From a virus (taxonomy: Duplodnaviria > Caudoviricetes): DNA of 64,000 nucleotides. The stretch is taken from IMG/VR virus record IMGVR_UViG_3300047281_000029, positions 1,013 through 65,012 of that record; one strand, written 5' to 3'. The position numbers and the translations under genes are program-made. Below the pieces are notes generated by a model. The model ran no database searches. It saw only the letters and a list, made by a program, of their open reading frames with translations, and had not been told where the DNA came from. Positions 48,001 to 57,310 of this stretch are shown here, in pieces. The first letter of the stretch is position 1. Each line of letters starts with the position of its first letter.

Positions 48001-49779
48001 TTTGAAAAGAACGATATAAATAGACCTAAAGAATTTGATACTTTAATAGCAGCTGAGGGAAGTGAAACCATGAATCCATTAAACGGATTATATACCACTA
48101 AGGAAATAGCTGGATCATTAAAGGAGTCTGCTGGAATATTAAATAGTATTGAAGTAGCACTTCCATTCGAAGTATCTAGTACAGTTAAGAGTACATACGA
48201 ATACTATATGAAGCTTTTGAGTACTGTTAAGTGGCTTAAAACTGTTGGATCTGTAGGTACTCACTTTAAAAACGTTTCTGGTAACATTACATTTATGTTG
48301 GCTAATGGATACTTTAAACCTGATGAGTATAGAAAATCAGCTCAGGTTATACACAATGACTTTTTTAATAAGACCGACAAGGAATTAAGAGAAAAGATGC
48401 AAGAGTATGTTGATGCTGGTATTGTTGATCAGAGTGCTGTACTTGGAGAGTTAAGATCAATGTTTAAGGATGCTGATTTTGATAAGACTTTTGAAAGAAG
48501 AATGAACAGTGAAGAATTAAACCCTTCTAAAAAATTCATTGATAAAGTAAAAAGATTAGGAAAGAAAGGTGCATCGTTAGCTGAAAATGCTTACCAGGCA
48601 GAGGATGATTACTTCAAGGTAATCTCTTATGAAACTGAAAAGGGTAGATACGCTAAGGCTATGTACGGAAAGGAATACTCTAAGCTAACAGAGAACCAGC
48701 AGGACGACGTAAGAAAGTATGTTACAGAGATAACAAAGAACGTACTTCCTAACTATGGACGTGTACCTGGAGCTGTTAAATTAGTCAAAGCCTTCCCTGT
48801 TGTAGGAACATTTATTTCGTTCCAGACAGAGGCTCTTAGAACAGCGTACAACATTGTTAACTTATCGGTTACTGAATTGAAGTCAAGCAATCCTGATATT
48901 AAAAAAATAGGTGCGTTAAGAATGGCTGGTATTATATCTTCTCAGGCAGTTAAGTATGCTATGATGTATTTAATAGGTGGAGCTGTGCTTGGAGATGATG
49001 ATGATGAGAAAAAGGAAAAGGCTAAACGATTTGTTGCTCCTTGGTCTAAGAACTCTAACATCTTAATTAAGAACGAAGGAGATGGTAAGTTTAGTTATAT
49101 TGACTTTAGCGCTTCTGATCCGTTTGGAGGAATAGTTAAACCTATTAACGCTATGATGGCAGGAGAAGATATGTTAGATGGTTTTATAGAAGGTGTTAAG
49201 GAGTTAGTATCTCCGTTTACAAATCCAGACATACTTAAGTCTATGTTTACTGAAATATCAGAAAACAAGGATGCTTACGGAAATCCATTATACAATCCGT
49301 CTGATAGTTTTGAAAAGAAATCAGAGGCTATACTTTCTAGAGTTTACAAAACTTTTGAGCCTGGTACAGTTTCCTCTGTTAGAAAAATAGCAGAATCTGA
49401 TGGAGCTTTAAATGAGATGGCTGGTCAGTTTACTGGATATAAAGCTAAGGATCTTGACTTACAAAAAGAGTTCTCTTTTAAAATTTCAGACATGAAAAAA
49501 AATGAGATTGAAGTTAGAAATATATACAACAAGGCTTATAATAAATTTGAAAGAAAAGAAATTTCTAAAGAAGAATTACAAGAGGCTTATAATCAATCTA
49601 ATAAAGAGTCTAAAAAACTATATGAAGAATTTAAAAAAGATTACGATGCCGCTATATACTTTGGGACAGATGCAAAAATTCTTAAAAAGCAAATGAAAAG
49701 AGCTCATGTGTCTAAAGCTATAATTAGATCTATCCTTACTGGAAAGTTCAAGGATATGGAGAAAAAAAAGATGAAATAA
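42094..49779 (+). CDS. Large polyvalent internal virion protein (GNAT-like, two zincin HExxH regions, LPD23-like)
   Basis: 2561 aa; AHEVFH; TGWEKGADKKWKY; LLHELQH...GEVEA. Confidence 0.75.
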   Translation: MEELNKITPPLPSGYEPIKKQNSSTPPLPSGYEPILKKKGSTQLTSQESLWGSNSQPKDAYTSLAIDQQLPQQGSDVSNGEQPKPILKGLPSVESFKKKSIQPKKEVKEIIKDVVPKVTKAISIEKGKEDFSEATQKARKESKSLVDKKQIDQKISQVSNLQNEYAKSLKDIELAKKTLSDEKAEIDYQLSIGNNAPEFKERVALHNQKVQENLDKFNLLKNKSEVINYNKKVIESASGNLLRSKAEQGNWFGAIYNKMLQSASSMASGAVSKVTDLIAEVVPSEYLIGPKELKKLQDKGLSQNQIDDYIKKSAKKDVLPAIRKGNVELFGDKGTTEEYIKKKESSGLIEGGVLGLAGSVPAMLGGVYGRATNFFLMGSDAVEQEMESNPDFQNISENEKLAVIVPIGIANAVLEEFGLQGVMKNNSLVNNLVHKTLLKVGADASASTFKRAMNNEIKSGIAAGIFKVGSGFTSEAITGGSQQAAEIGIKDIYNVVKDKKMFQTPETLSDAVSQISDAAIMEGIGGTVMSTLPAINTAMQNNELGKKSTDFEFEILDNINENSEEFKKLFTTDLKNKMIEGKITKDEAESQLKSFDKMTATFNRMPKDMSIEDKKKSFDLLVEKDKLTDEINGKDESLSTKQKERISEINNELSNISLGVKPKEEVKTEEVVTENKPKETATAQAYVEELTKTKESDPETYWSVSEVSAEDAAKGTIIDTTDGSALVKPDGDIAGLFKKPTSNAKGVAQDLLSKAVEAGGTKLDNFDGYLTKQYEKAGFRVASRTPFNEQYAPEGWNKEKHGTPDVVAMVYDPNNQIDIEEKTFEDYDQAIEYRDGLVDQVKTEVSDTQQLIDESEKSNDLPLLVEKAKTALSKVLPNVQVILHNTDAEYKAAVGESLSSGTYVDDVIHVNPSRANGRTVAHEVFHAVLLNKVKTDPEAQRITAKMITSVEKSLPDDMKLKLQQFVEEGYNSQEELWDEEKLAELIGFLADGYPSLSKPTQNVIKQWIDQLAKLFGLKEFTDADVVDFMNTLSGKVASGDVLTESDIKILPGGEKISNPFDYFKRKQVGAFDVQYTEQEKLDQLIKDKLVTKPENLDFLSGKETSITSPDDMLAGTISIDGKEIFEGGGGVFFVTKYGDVWASGNKGTANTLARSINNSYKKNGDKGYLVLAKGSDSKLISSASGVNSSLAVLDSMIDKGLISPSDFRSAVSESIKRFGGNISLNGSAKQLKEDVNNYFSDPKSSTFEVRGSVLGSIINSLAKSKNTKLNKDKIIEFLGGDKNKGLVALTTKENKSKNQSLSDLISGVAAEQLTKGLNVGDVYAVIEVDGEVMVKEDSHPSYPFHIVPVGKNKPVLHLPKTRQNGAELLTTSTGKPYKVGQVSIMSGSFNGPVRKQIIGEKAIKDKLVQDNLDVAKKMEAENKSAKDIFVATGWEKGADKKWKYDLQEGVVEIKSKKSGKASDVLNYPELFKAYPKAKDLDIVFMNSDKFEGMYLPSKNRIMISSDLSDAESTSTLLHELQHFVQHQEGFAVGGQARLIRDLYNERIKYEKNFSVKKVLNNIKNSLFGSNKNEADTKKELDKLGKLVSKVDEDLYRSIAGEVEAFNVEKRSTMTAEQRRATPISETADVPVEEQLVVSDSDTMLRDRKQSSLPIARLKKEGKTDRQISKFLQSKGLTVEKATEAILNYNKEKMKMLQKEEGIFTRDGRNKVITALDSFKRMFLSAKAFLGKSAFIAKENIEAGIKAQSKIASYLVNDLDVAIKNYDGDKEKVISDFDKFVRGEEVELPDNFLEIGNAMRDHIDKLSYELINSGIVDEYQAENIRKNIGTYLTRSYEVFDKKNWAEKVDQEVLQAAKNFLKKQLLSEATKEAKRNGLDVKSVLENKVDLAINDLIDREGAQSFISSGKTGSKDVSILKQKTDIPFEIRALMGEYTDPAQNYSRTIFKIASLINNAKFLNTVRDNGIGVYLFEKNDINRPKEFDTLIAAEGSETMNPLNGLYTTKEIAGSLKESAGILNSIEVALPFEVSSTVKSTYEYYMKLLSTVKWLKTVGSVGTHFKNVSGNITFMLANGYFKPDEYRKSAQVIHNDFFNKTDKELREKMQEYVDAGIVDQSAVLGELRSMFKDADFDKTFERRMNSEELNPSKKFIDKVKRLGKKGASLAENAYQAEDDYFKVISYETEKGRYAKAMYGKEYSKLTENQQDDVRKYVTEITKNVLPNYGRVPGAVKLVKAFPVVGTFISFQTEALRTAYNIVNLSVTELKSSNPDIKKIGALRMAGIISSQAVKYAMMYLIGGAVLGDDDDEKKEKAKRFVAPWSKNSNILIKNEGDGKFSYIDFSASDPFGGIVKPINAMMAGEDMLDGFIEGVKELVSPFTNPDILKSMFTEISENKDAYGNPLYNPSDSFEKKSEAILSRVYKTFEPGTVSSVRKIAESDGALNEMAGQFTGYKAKDLDLQKEFSFKISDMKKNEIEVRNIYNKAYNKFERKEISKEELQEAYNQSNKESKKLYEEFKKDYDAAIYFGTDAKILKKQMKRAHVSKAIIRSILTGKFKDMEKKKMK

Positions 49780-49801
49780 TTTATTTTAAATTTAAAGAAA
49801 G

Positions 49802-49829
49802 AACCCGCTAATTAGCGGGTTTATCTTTT
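49802..49829. terminator. Likely bidirectional terminator at the convergence of the two genome arms
   Basis: AACCCGCTAATTAGCGGGTT palindrome with T-rich flanks on both strands. Confidence 0.65.
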
Positions 49830-50125
49830 ACAAACATTCCGTCCTTCATGACTCCAGTTCTTTTGCTGATAACATTGTATGCCGACTGTAAGCAGTTAAG
49901 CAAGTCAACGTTTTGCATTTTTGCCTGAATGATGAGTGTGACAAGTATATCTCCTAACGCATCGATTGTCTCGTCTCGGTTCTCCTTGTCAATTGCATCC
50001 ATTAGTTCGTTACATTCTTCTAATGTCTTTAGCGCCTGGGTTGTTGGAGTAGCTTTAGATAGTATACCCTTGTCTTCTGCCCACTCTTCAATCTTTGTCT
50101 CTAATGTTCTATATCTGTTTTCCAT
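49808..50125 (-). CDS. MazG-like nucleotide pyrophosphohydrolase
   Basis: QALKTLEECNEL...DALGDILVTL...AYNVISKRTG. Confidence 0.85.
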   Translation of the reverse strand: MENRYRTLETKIEEWAEDKGILSKATPTTQALKTLEECNELMDAIDKENRDETIDALGDILVTLIIQAKMQNVDLLNCLQSAYNVISKRTGVMKDGMFVKDKPAN

Positions 50126-50339
50126 TTCTTCTTAGGTGGCTGGCTGTCCAGTTCTTTTTTTTAATTATTTTTTTTAGTGAATCCTTATCGTTGGTTTGAA
50201 TTAACATAAGGTAAAGCGCGTCCCTTGTACACGTTGCATAGTGCACGTTGAATGTGTTAAGATCTAGCAGAACTACCCTGTCCTCAAGGTAGTCTACTAT
50301 AAATCTTCTTCTCAATTTTTTATTAAGGCCAGCCCTCAT
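50109..50339 (-). CDS. Hypothetical protein
   Basis: ORF in operon. Confidence 0.55.
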   Translation of the reverse strand: MRAGLNKKLRRRFIVDYLEDRVVLLDLNTFNVHYATCTRDALYLMLIQTNDKDSLKKIIKKKNWTASHLRRNGKQI

Positions 50340-50340
50340 A

Positions 50341-51540
50341 CTAGAACACGTGTACTATACGAGCAATCTGCCCGTGAGTTTTAGAATGCAAGAATCCTTC
50401 AATAGCCTTAGGAGCATGCTGGTAACCATTACGCGAATGCCATCCATCTGCACTACTAGGACTTCTCATACTCTCTACTGTAACCCCTATAAAGTCCTTG
50501 GACGTCTTATGATGGACGTGATGAGTATAAACATATCTATGCTTAGTGCTACTCCACTCTGGACTTTCTTGAGCCATAAGTAGTGGCAGGTCTTGAGTCT
50601 TAGCTCCGTCACCATGACTTGTACCAATCAAGTTGTCGTAGTACCTGAAGTACTTTCTATGCTTGATGTCACAGTCAAATGTAATATTCTTACAGTCCTT
50701 GAAGTATGTCTCAATAACATTAGCTAAAAAGAATCCATGGGTAAAGTCGTGGTTTGATGGATTAAAAACAAAGTGTACATCAGCTACTTGTATTAGTCTA
50801 GATAGTACGTCAATGTAAAGTTCCTTAGCTATTAAGAAGTTACTGTACCACATACCGTCAGTATCCTGAGGAGTACCAGATGTAGTTGTTCTCTTAGGCG
50901 TGTCGATATGTAGAATATCATTACCTCCTATGAATAGCACCTTATCAATATTGAATCCCTTAGTCTTCTCAATAATTCCGTCTACACCTTCCTTAACTCT
51001 TTTAACAGCGATCTGATTGTTGTAGTCCTCTCCAGTCTCAAAGCTCATAGATAGTTTACCTATGTGACAATCAGCTGGATCAACTACCAATAAATAAGTT
51101 TCGTTATCTACTGGACGCTGTCTTACTATTGTAGATGGCTTGTTTGGAAGTTCTGATAAGTCCTTAAGCAAATCATCAAAGAACTTACTGATATCATCGT
51201 TCTTTAGAACGTTACTAGCAATGTTATAGTAAGGAGTTCCTGTATGGGTAACTAGCTTATACGTTCTTGCCTGTTCAAATGGTATACCGTAGTACACGCA
51301 GTACTCCTCAATATTCATTATAGTTCCGTCAGGTTTCATTGCTGATAGCTGAACCTCGTTCTTGTACTGATTTGTTTCAGACCTATTCACTATATCGTGA
51401 AATGTTCTTCTTACTCCATCAGTAAACTCAATGCCAAACGATGCGCATGCCCTTTTGACAGCTTTGGTAATTGACATTCCGTTAGTGACAAGATCATTTA
51501 CCATGACCTCCATTTCACTAGGATACTTGTTCTTTGCCAT
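50341..51540 (-). CDS. Calcineurin-like metallophosphoesterase
   Basis: DCHIGK, GNDILH, SNHD, SHGD and HHVHH motifs. Confidence 0.85.
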   Translation of the reverse strand: MAKNKYPSEMEVMVNDLVTNGMSITKAVKRACASFGIEFTDGVRRTFHDIVNRSETNQYKNEVQLSAMKPDGTIMNIEEYCVYYGIPFEQARTYKLVTHTGTPYYNIASNVLKNDDISKFFDDLLKDLSELPNKPSTIVRQRPVDNETYLLVVDPADCHIGKLSMSFETGEDYNNQIAVKRVKEGVDGIIEKTKGFNIDKVLFIGGNDILHIDTPKRTTTSGTPQDTDGMWYSNFLIAKELYIDVLSRLIQVADVHFVFNPSNHDFTHGFFLANVIETYFKDCKNITFDCDIKHRKYFRYYDNLIGTSHGDGAKTQDLPLLMAQESPEWSSTKHRYVYTHHVHHKTSKDFIGVTVESMRSPSSADGWHSRNGYQHAPKAIEGFLHSKTHGQIARIVHVF

Positions 51541-51648
51541 ACTTTTGTTTTAAGATGTTTTTATAAACTTTATTTACTCTCTCAGAGTTATGACCCATCT
51601 TATAATAGTAGTTCATCACTCTTTGTATTCTCTGTAGTGGACTTTGTT

Positions 51649-52284
51649 TCATAACTTAAAGGCTTTAATTGTATTTTCAAATGGGTTTCCTTCAATATTT
51701 TTTACGAGATCTAACATCTTTCTCGCAATATCTCTAACTTCTACCTGAGCGTGCTCAGAGTTTCTTAATCCTTGAAAGTGAGCAAAGCTTCTCCAATTGA
51801 ATGAAATGTCTAGTGTAATTTGAGAGTTCATTGTCTTAAAGAAACGTGCTGACTCTTTAGCTCTTTTTCTACCTAGAATAGGCGTGAGTTCTTCTAAACA
51901 CTTATGGTATAATTGGCAAGATGCGTTGGTAAATTCTTCTAATACTCTAAACCAATCTTCTTGTGAATTTATAAGCTCCCAGTCTTTAGGAAAGTAAGAC
52001 TTATCTTCCTTCAGTTCCTTATACCTAGCACTCTCTCCATTAATAGAAACACCTATGCGATGTTTAAGCAAATGAATATGAGTAGCTTGGTCTACAGTAA
52101 CTAAGAAATGTAATTGACTTTTCTCAAAAGGTGTATGATGACCCTCTGATGCCAACATATTTAATAGACTTGGTATTCTTTGAACCTTAGATTCATCTAT
52201 ATCTCTTGATGTTGAAGTCCAAGCAGATAATGCGTGAACCTTATCGTCTCCGTACCAACCTAGTAACTCTACACTATTTTCCAT
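51649..52284 (-). CDS. thyX: Flavin-dependent thymidylate synthase ThyX
   Basis: GHHTPFE, LKHR...S.NGESARY, NWRSF.HF..LR...HAQVEVR. Confidence 0.9.
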   Translation of the reverse strand: MENSVELLGWYGDDKVHALSAWTSTSRDIDESKVQRIPSLLNMLASEGHHTPFEKSQLHFLVTVDQATHIHLLKHRIGVSINGESARYKELKEDKSYFPKDWELINSQEDWFRVLEEFTNASCQLYHKCLEELTPILGRKRAKESARFFKTMNSQITLDISFNWRSFAHFQGLRNSEHAQVEVRDIARKMLDLVKNIEGNPFENTIKAFKL

Positions 52285-52723
52285 TAAATTCCTTTCTTAA
52301 TCTTTCTAAGTAAAGTATCCCATCCATTAACTCTTGTTGTAAGTGCTCAGCCCATCCATCAAAGTTAATGTCTGACCTATCCAATGTAGTACCGTACTTT
52401 TTAATACCTACATCTGATCTATTCTTAAACTTCTTAACAACAGACTCTACAATAGAATCAACCTTTGCAGTTTCAAATATAACAGGAATGTTCTGTAGGT
52501 AAATTCCATTACCACCTAAGTTAATATCTTTTCTTCTGTCCCTCTTAAAATGATTCTTAAAGTCTTCGTCCCTAAACATTTGATGATCCTTATAAAGAAT
52601 AGATATAAGCTCTCCGTCATTAATGGACTCGTATATCTGACCCTTCTTATAAGCTAAGTCACCATCTTCCATTATATAATCTTTAGTACACAAGTACTTC
52701 TGTCCTTTTTTAATTGTTTTCAT
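52274..52723 (-). CDS. Hypothetical protein with a C-terminal RS.VG..KYGTTLDR domain
   Basis: Common phage nucleotide-metabolism-region motif (HLQQELMDGILY). Confidence 0.65.
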   Translation of the reverse strand: MKTIKKGQKYLCTKDYIMEDGDLAYKKGQIYESINDGELISILYKDHQMFRDEDFKNHFKRDRRKDINLGGNGIYLQNIPVIFETAKVDSIVESVVKKFKNRSDVGIKKYGTTLDRSDINFDGWAEHLQQELMDGILYLERLRKEFNGK

Positions 52724-52926
52724 GTTCGATATAAGTTAAAATTTTTCTTAATTCATTAATTGCATCTAATACCTCTTGCTTCTCTCCATCATACATTCCT
52801 TCGTACAAAGCATCAGTCTGATCGTTTATGTCATTGATAATCTGTTGAATATTTTTCATAATAGTTTTTTTGTTTGTAAAATTAACACATCACATATGAT
52901 TAATGTGAATAACTTATTAACATTTA

Positions 52927-53373
52927 TTAGCAATATTCTAACAATGTGTGTATTTTTTCATAAAAGAAGTCAACCCTATCGTCCGGAACTCTATTTATCA
53001 ACCTATAAAGCTTAGATAACCTCGCGTTCTTATTTGATAAGTTCATATACTCCTTTTCATCTTCTGATATTAAGTTAAGTCCTAGCAGTATCTTTAAGTA
53101 CTTCTGTCTTTTAACATTATCAGATTCAATGTGGTACCTAAAATTATATACCGATCCAAGTACTGTGGCATGAGTCTTATCAACAGTTGAAGCTATCTCT
53201 TCATAAGTCATGCTGTAAAAATCATAAAGTATCTTATAGTATATTGACCTTGCATCTATGTACTCCATCTTTCTGCTCTTTGAATTTAAGTCTAGGTTAA
53301 ACTCAAACATCACGTACTTTTTTACTTTTGCTGATATGTCCTTAATCTCTTGTTCTGTTAATTTATTTTTCAT
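52927..53373 (-). CDS. DnaA C-terminal-like HTH DNA-binding protein
   Basis: SKSRKMEYIDARSI...TYEEIA..VDKTHATVL. Confidence 0.7.
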   Translation of the reverse strand: MKNKLTEQEIKDISAKVKKYVMFEFNLDLNSKSRKMEYIDARSIYYKILYDFYSMTYEEIASTVDKTHATVLGSVYNFRYHIESDNVKRQKYLKILLGLNLISEDEKEYMNLSNKNARLSKLYRLINRVPDDRVDFFYEKIHTLLEYC

Positions 53374-53624
53374 GGGTATATCTTTCCTTTAGTGTCATGT
53401 AGGCAGAACGCCTCAAAACCTTGTTTAATTAATTCATCTATCCTAAATTTCTGTAGTGGCTTTAGTGTGTCGCCGCCTTCCTTGCACTCTATAAATATAG
53501 TCTTGCCTTCTTTGAAGCAGAACAGGTCGGGGTATCCGCTAACGCTTAGCTTTATCGTGTTGATCACTATCCACCCCTCGCTCTCGTACTTCTTCTTTAC
53601 TTTCGCTTGATGCTTGCTTGCCAT
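53370..53624 (-). CDS. VRR-NUC nuclease
   Basis: GYPDL...FIECK...LKPLQ. Confidence 0.85.
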   Translation of the reverse strand: MASKHQAKVKKKYESEGWIVINTIKLSVSGYPDLFCFKEGKTIFIECKEGGDTLKPLQKFRIDELIKQGFEAFCLHDTKGKIYP

Positions 53625-53689
53625 ATCCTTTGCATTTGTGACAGTATAGGCTGTCTGTTAGTTGATTACTTATAACTACTCTACAGTTA

Positions 53690-53926
53690 TTACAAAGCGT
53701 CGAGTCTGTATTGAAGTTGTGTATTGGTTTCATCTCTAGATTTAAATGTTACTGGATATTTTGATAAATAAGATTCTGCATCCCTCATTCCTATAAACTT
53801 TATATACTTTCCATTAGTATCTAAAGCCTTTATCATGCTTATTACAATTTTAGGATTATCGTCTATTAATTCAATAGAGTACTTTACTATCTCAAAACTT
53901 CCTACTTGTCTTCCGTTTATTATCAT
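53690..53926 (-). CDS. Hypothetical protein
   Basis: ORF in operon. Confidence 0.55.
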   Translation of the reverse strand: MIINGRQVGSFEIVKYSIELIDDNPKIVISMIKALDTNGKYIKFIGMRDAESYLSKYPVTFKSRDETNTQLQYRLDAL

Positions 53927-54072
53927 AATGTTTTTTTTAAGGTTATACCCTTATTATTGTTAGAGTATCTTAAGGTTATAGCCTGACTATTTCTTTTTAA
54001 GTTCTTTCAAGATTTGTGCTAATAAGTATATCGCTATACATATATTAAAGGATATTCCAATTAGTATTGCTG

Positions 54073-55299
54073 TCATAATGTTTTTTTAAAGTGAGACAAT
54101 GTAAAGTTCTTTTTATTCAGTACCTGCTTGTACACGTGCGATTCTATTCCGCCCTGAGCAAATATCCAGTAGACCTTATTAAACTTTCTGTCCATAGTAG
54201 TCATTCTGTCACGTGCCTGCCAGTAGCTTGTAGCGGAGAAGTCAATGTTATAGAATACTAAGTAGTCAGCGTTTCTAAGGCTAATACCCTCACGCCCTGA
54301 TACTATCTGTAATGCTATAGACTTGTCAGTACTATTAAACTCGTCAACGTCAGTTGTCAAATTATCCTTGAATACTTCCTTAAGAGCGTCTAGTTCTGCC
54401 TTGAATTTATAGAATATACCTATCTTATTTCCATAGAATCTATGCTTAATGAACCCTGCCTTAGACGGGTCAAATACCATGGAGTTACCAGACTCAAACT
54501 TAACTGTACCTGAGTACATTTGGTGTAGCTTCTGCTGTAATTTAACGGGTGTATCAGCTAAAATAACCTCTTCCTTACCTTCGACTACTAAATCCTTTTT
54601 TAGCTTACTACACATGCTGTATGTAAGCGGACTCATCAGTACATAAAGTATCTCCTCCTCGATTTCAGAACTAAAACCTGCCTGCTCCTGCGTAAATGTG
54701 ATTACGTAGTCTTTTATCACACTCATCACTTTTTCTCTGTCCGCATCGGAGTAGTCGTTAACCTCATGCGATCCTAGGTACTTCTTCTTAATCTTTACGA
54801 AGTCGTTAGCCCACTTATAGAAGTTAGTGTACTTTCTAAACGGTGACGCATTGGAAACCCAGAACTGATGATACAATTGGCTATAACTCTCAGGGCTCAT
54901 GGTACCACTTAGAAATATCATCGGTAGACTAGCGAACATCTTCTTAAATGTCTTAGCTCCAACGCCTGGCTTAGGGAACGATCCGAACCTGTGGCTCTCG
55001 TCGTGCACTACAAGATCGTAGTCGCCATTAAGCTTGTGCATGGACTCGTCATTCATTACCTCTATTGAGAAGTACTGCGCGTAGTTGAAGTCGTTGTAAT
55101 CTCCAACGATAGAACTGATAGCCTTCTTCTTAGTAAGGAACAGCACCTTGTTAGCTCCGAATAGCCTAGCGGTTTCAAGTGCCATTAGTGTCTTACCGCA
55201 ACGAACCTCTGCTGCTAAATAAACAATTTTGTTTACTTTTAAAATCTTCACAGCCTTGTTGGCTATGTCTACCTGATAATCTCTAAGCTTTTTTTCCAT
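54073..55299 (-). CDS. Superfamily 2 (SNF2/DEAH-like) helicase
   Basis: LRDYQ, RCGKT, DESH, LSGT, GREGISL, QARDR. Confidence 0.85.
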   Translation of the reverse strand: MEKKLRDYQVDIANKAVKILKVNKIVYLAAEVRCGKTLMALETARLFGANKVLFLTKKKAISSIVGDYNDFNYAQYFSIEVMNDESMHKLNGDYDLVVHDESHRFGSFPKPGVGAKTFKKMFASLPMIFLSGTMSPESYSQLYHQFWVSNASPFRKYTNFYKWANDFVKIKKKYLGSHEVNDYSDADREKVMSVIKDYVITFTQEQAGFSSEIEEEILYVLMSPLTYSMCSKLKKDLVVEGKEEVILADTPVKLQQKLHQMYSGTVKFESGNSMVFDPSKAGFIKHRFYGNKIGIFYKFKAELDALKEVFKDNLTTDVDEFNSTDKSIALQIVSGREGISLRNADYLVFYNIDFSATSYWQARDRMTTMDRKFNKVYWIFAQGGIESHVYKQVLNKKNFTLSHFKKTL

Positions 55300-57310
55300 A
55301 AACTTCTCTGTACTTGTAAGCTAAATTATTGTTACAAAATTCAATCTCTTCAGGCGTTAACGTCTTATAAAATATAGTGCGTCCTCCCGTAAACTTCTTA
55401 GCCTTGATGCATGATTTTTCATTTAAAAAGTTCCTAAACGACTTCTTGCATTCCCTTAAGTAGAAAGGGAACAACGGTAGTCCGTCGTACCTCTGATCTA
55501 CTGACTTGATATTCCCAAACTGCCATGATAATGTGTCTACATGAATCTCATCCTTGATTGATACCTTGTCTATCTTAAGTAGCTCCTGGAACTTAGCCTT
55601 AATCTCTACGGATGACTTGTTTAGTACAAATGCAACCTCTCTATAATTTAGTGTCATATATCTTTGGTAGTTTAACTCTTAATAATTTATTCCAATTATG
55701 TTTTAATTTATTCCGATTATGTTTTAATTTATTAGAACTTTTAATTCCTTCAATAATATTGACAATTATTATTAAACCTAAACAAAATATATTAAACATA
55801 GGTATTAAATATGCCCACCATACGTCTAACACATCTCCTATTGTATTTGTTTTTTCGTCAAGTAATATTGCGTATAACAATACAACCACCATTGGCAGTA
55901 TATATCCATATAAAAATAATATCATCATAATAATTCATTTAAAAATAATACTCTGTTCTCTCTAGCCTTGTCGATGTTGTCTACCACGTGATTGATAACG
56001 TGTGACAGCAGTAACAGGTCCGGCTCATCAAACTCTGCTATCTGACTTATCAGTCGGTGCCTAGAGTTCATTAGATTAGTTACCATCTGCGGGTCGTTCT
56101 TGTACATTGTGTTGTAGTTATTAACGACGTCCCTTTCAATATCGTTCTTGAGTAGGTTGGCCAGGTTCTTTGTTTTGCCCTTCAACCTCATCTCGTCCAT
56201 TAACTCCAGCGCCAGCTGTAGTGTTAATGATAATTCAATTCCTGTTTTCATCTTTATACTGAATTAAAAATCCTATGAATACTAGTATGTTCATTCCAAA
56301 CGAGGCAATGATCTCGTGTATGTCCTGATATACGTTAATAGTTAAGTGCACGTGACCTACTACCCAGAACGGTATGGCTAGGTTACTTGCTACCCATACT
56401 ATGGTGTACTTAATCAGTTTCATCTTTAAATTGATTAAAAAATCTTTCGATACTTTCTAGTTCAAGGTCATGCATTTTATTTAACTGATCAATCCTTGAC
56501 TGCTTAGCCTCTTCTACTGAGTTGAAGATGTACTGACAAGTTAAGCTTAGCGACGTCTCTTCATTACCTTCAAAGTCACGTAGTAATCCTTTAGGTATTT
56601 GTATTTTGTAGTATATATTAGGATTCAAGTCGTCTTCTAGTTCAATACCTCTTATTAAACCTCTGAATATTTTATCCTTTCCATATCCAACAAATACATT
56701 GTCTCCAATGCTAAACTTTTTCTGGTTTCTCAGTGTGCCTAAGTATACCTCATAATCCCTACTAAACCTTGCCTGGTATATGTTATCTATTGTCATAATT
56801 GTTTTTTAAAAATTTCTAATAGTTCTTTTGTGGTAAACTTTTCATTATCATCCCAATCCATTGAAGCCGACCAATTACTATTTCCTTTTCCGTTTTTAAA
56901 ATAATTGTCATCGCACCATTCCGCAAACTCAATAGCGTAATCGTCTGCTATTTTTTCAACGTTAGAAGCAGCTCTTTTTATTTTATTATATTCGCCATCT
57001 AACCCAAATGTTAATTGATAGTTAATTGCCTGTTCAAATATTTCTTTTAGTGTCATCTATGTCTTTCTTTTAAGTATTTGTAAACCTCTGGTATCTTCTC
57101 AGTAGCTTTTTCTACCGTCTTATATCTCATAGAACCTAACACCTCAGAGCTAGTATATTCAATACCATTCTCCATTCGCCAGTCCTTACCATGCGAGGAT
57201 ATTCCGCCTCGTCTTATAGCGATGCAGAACTGACTATCAATTGGCTTAATGTAAACCTGATAGTCATTATCTACACACCACTTAGCATCAGAATAGGAGT
57301 TGTGGTTCAT
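55283..57310 (-). CDS. Run of seven small overlapping hypothetical ORFs (55283-55657, 55641-55928, 55925-56251, 56235-56423, 56410-56796, 56793-57056, 57053-57310)
   Basis: Overlapping start/stop codons on the minus strand; two are hydrophobic membrane proteins. Confidence 0.65.

Noticed and set aside
20963-49779. Assignment to Crassvirales or use of an alternative genetic code
   Set aside because: No virion RNA polymerase motifs seen, long ORFs are intact in the standard code, and there is no suppressor tRNA.
53938-53986. Short TTAAGGTTATA direct repeat
   Set aside because: Only 11 bp in AT-rich intergenic DNA; too weak to call a site.
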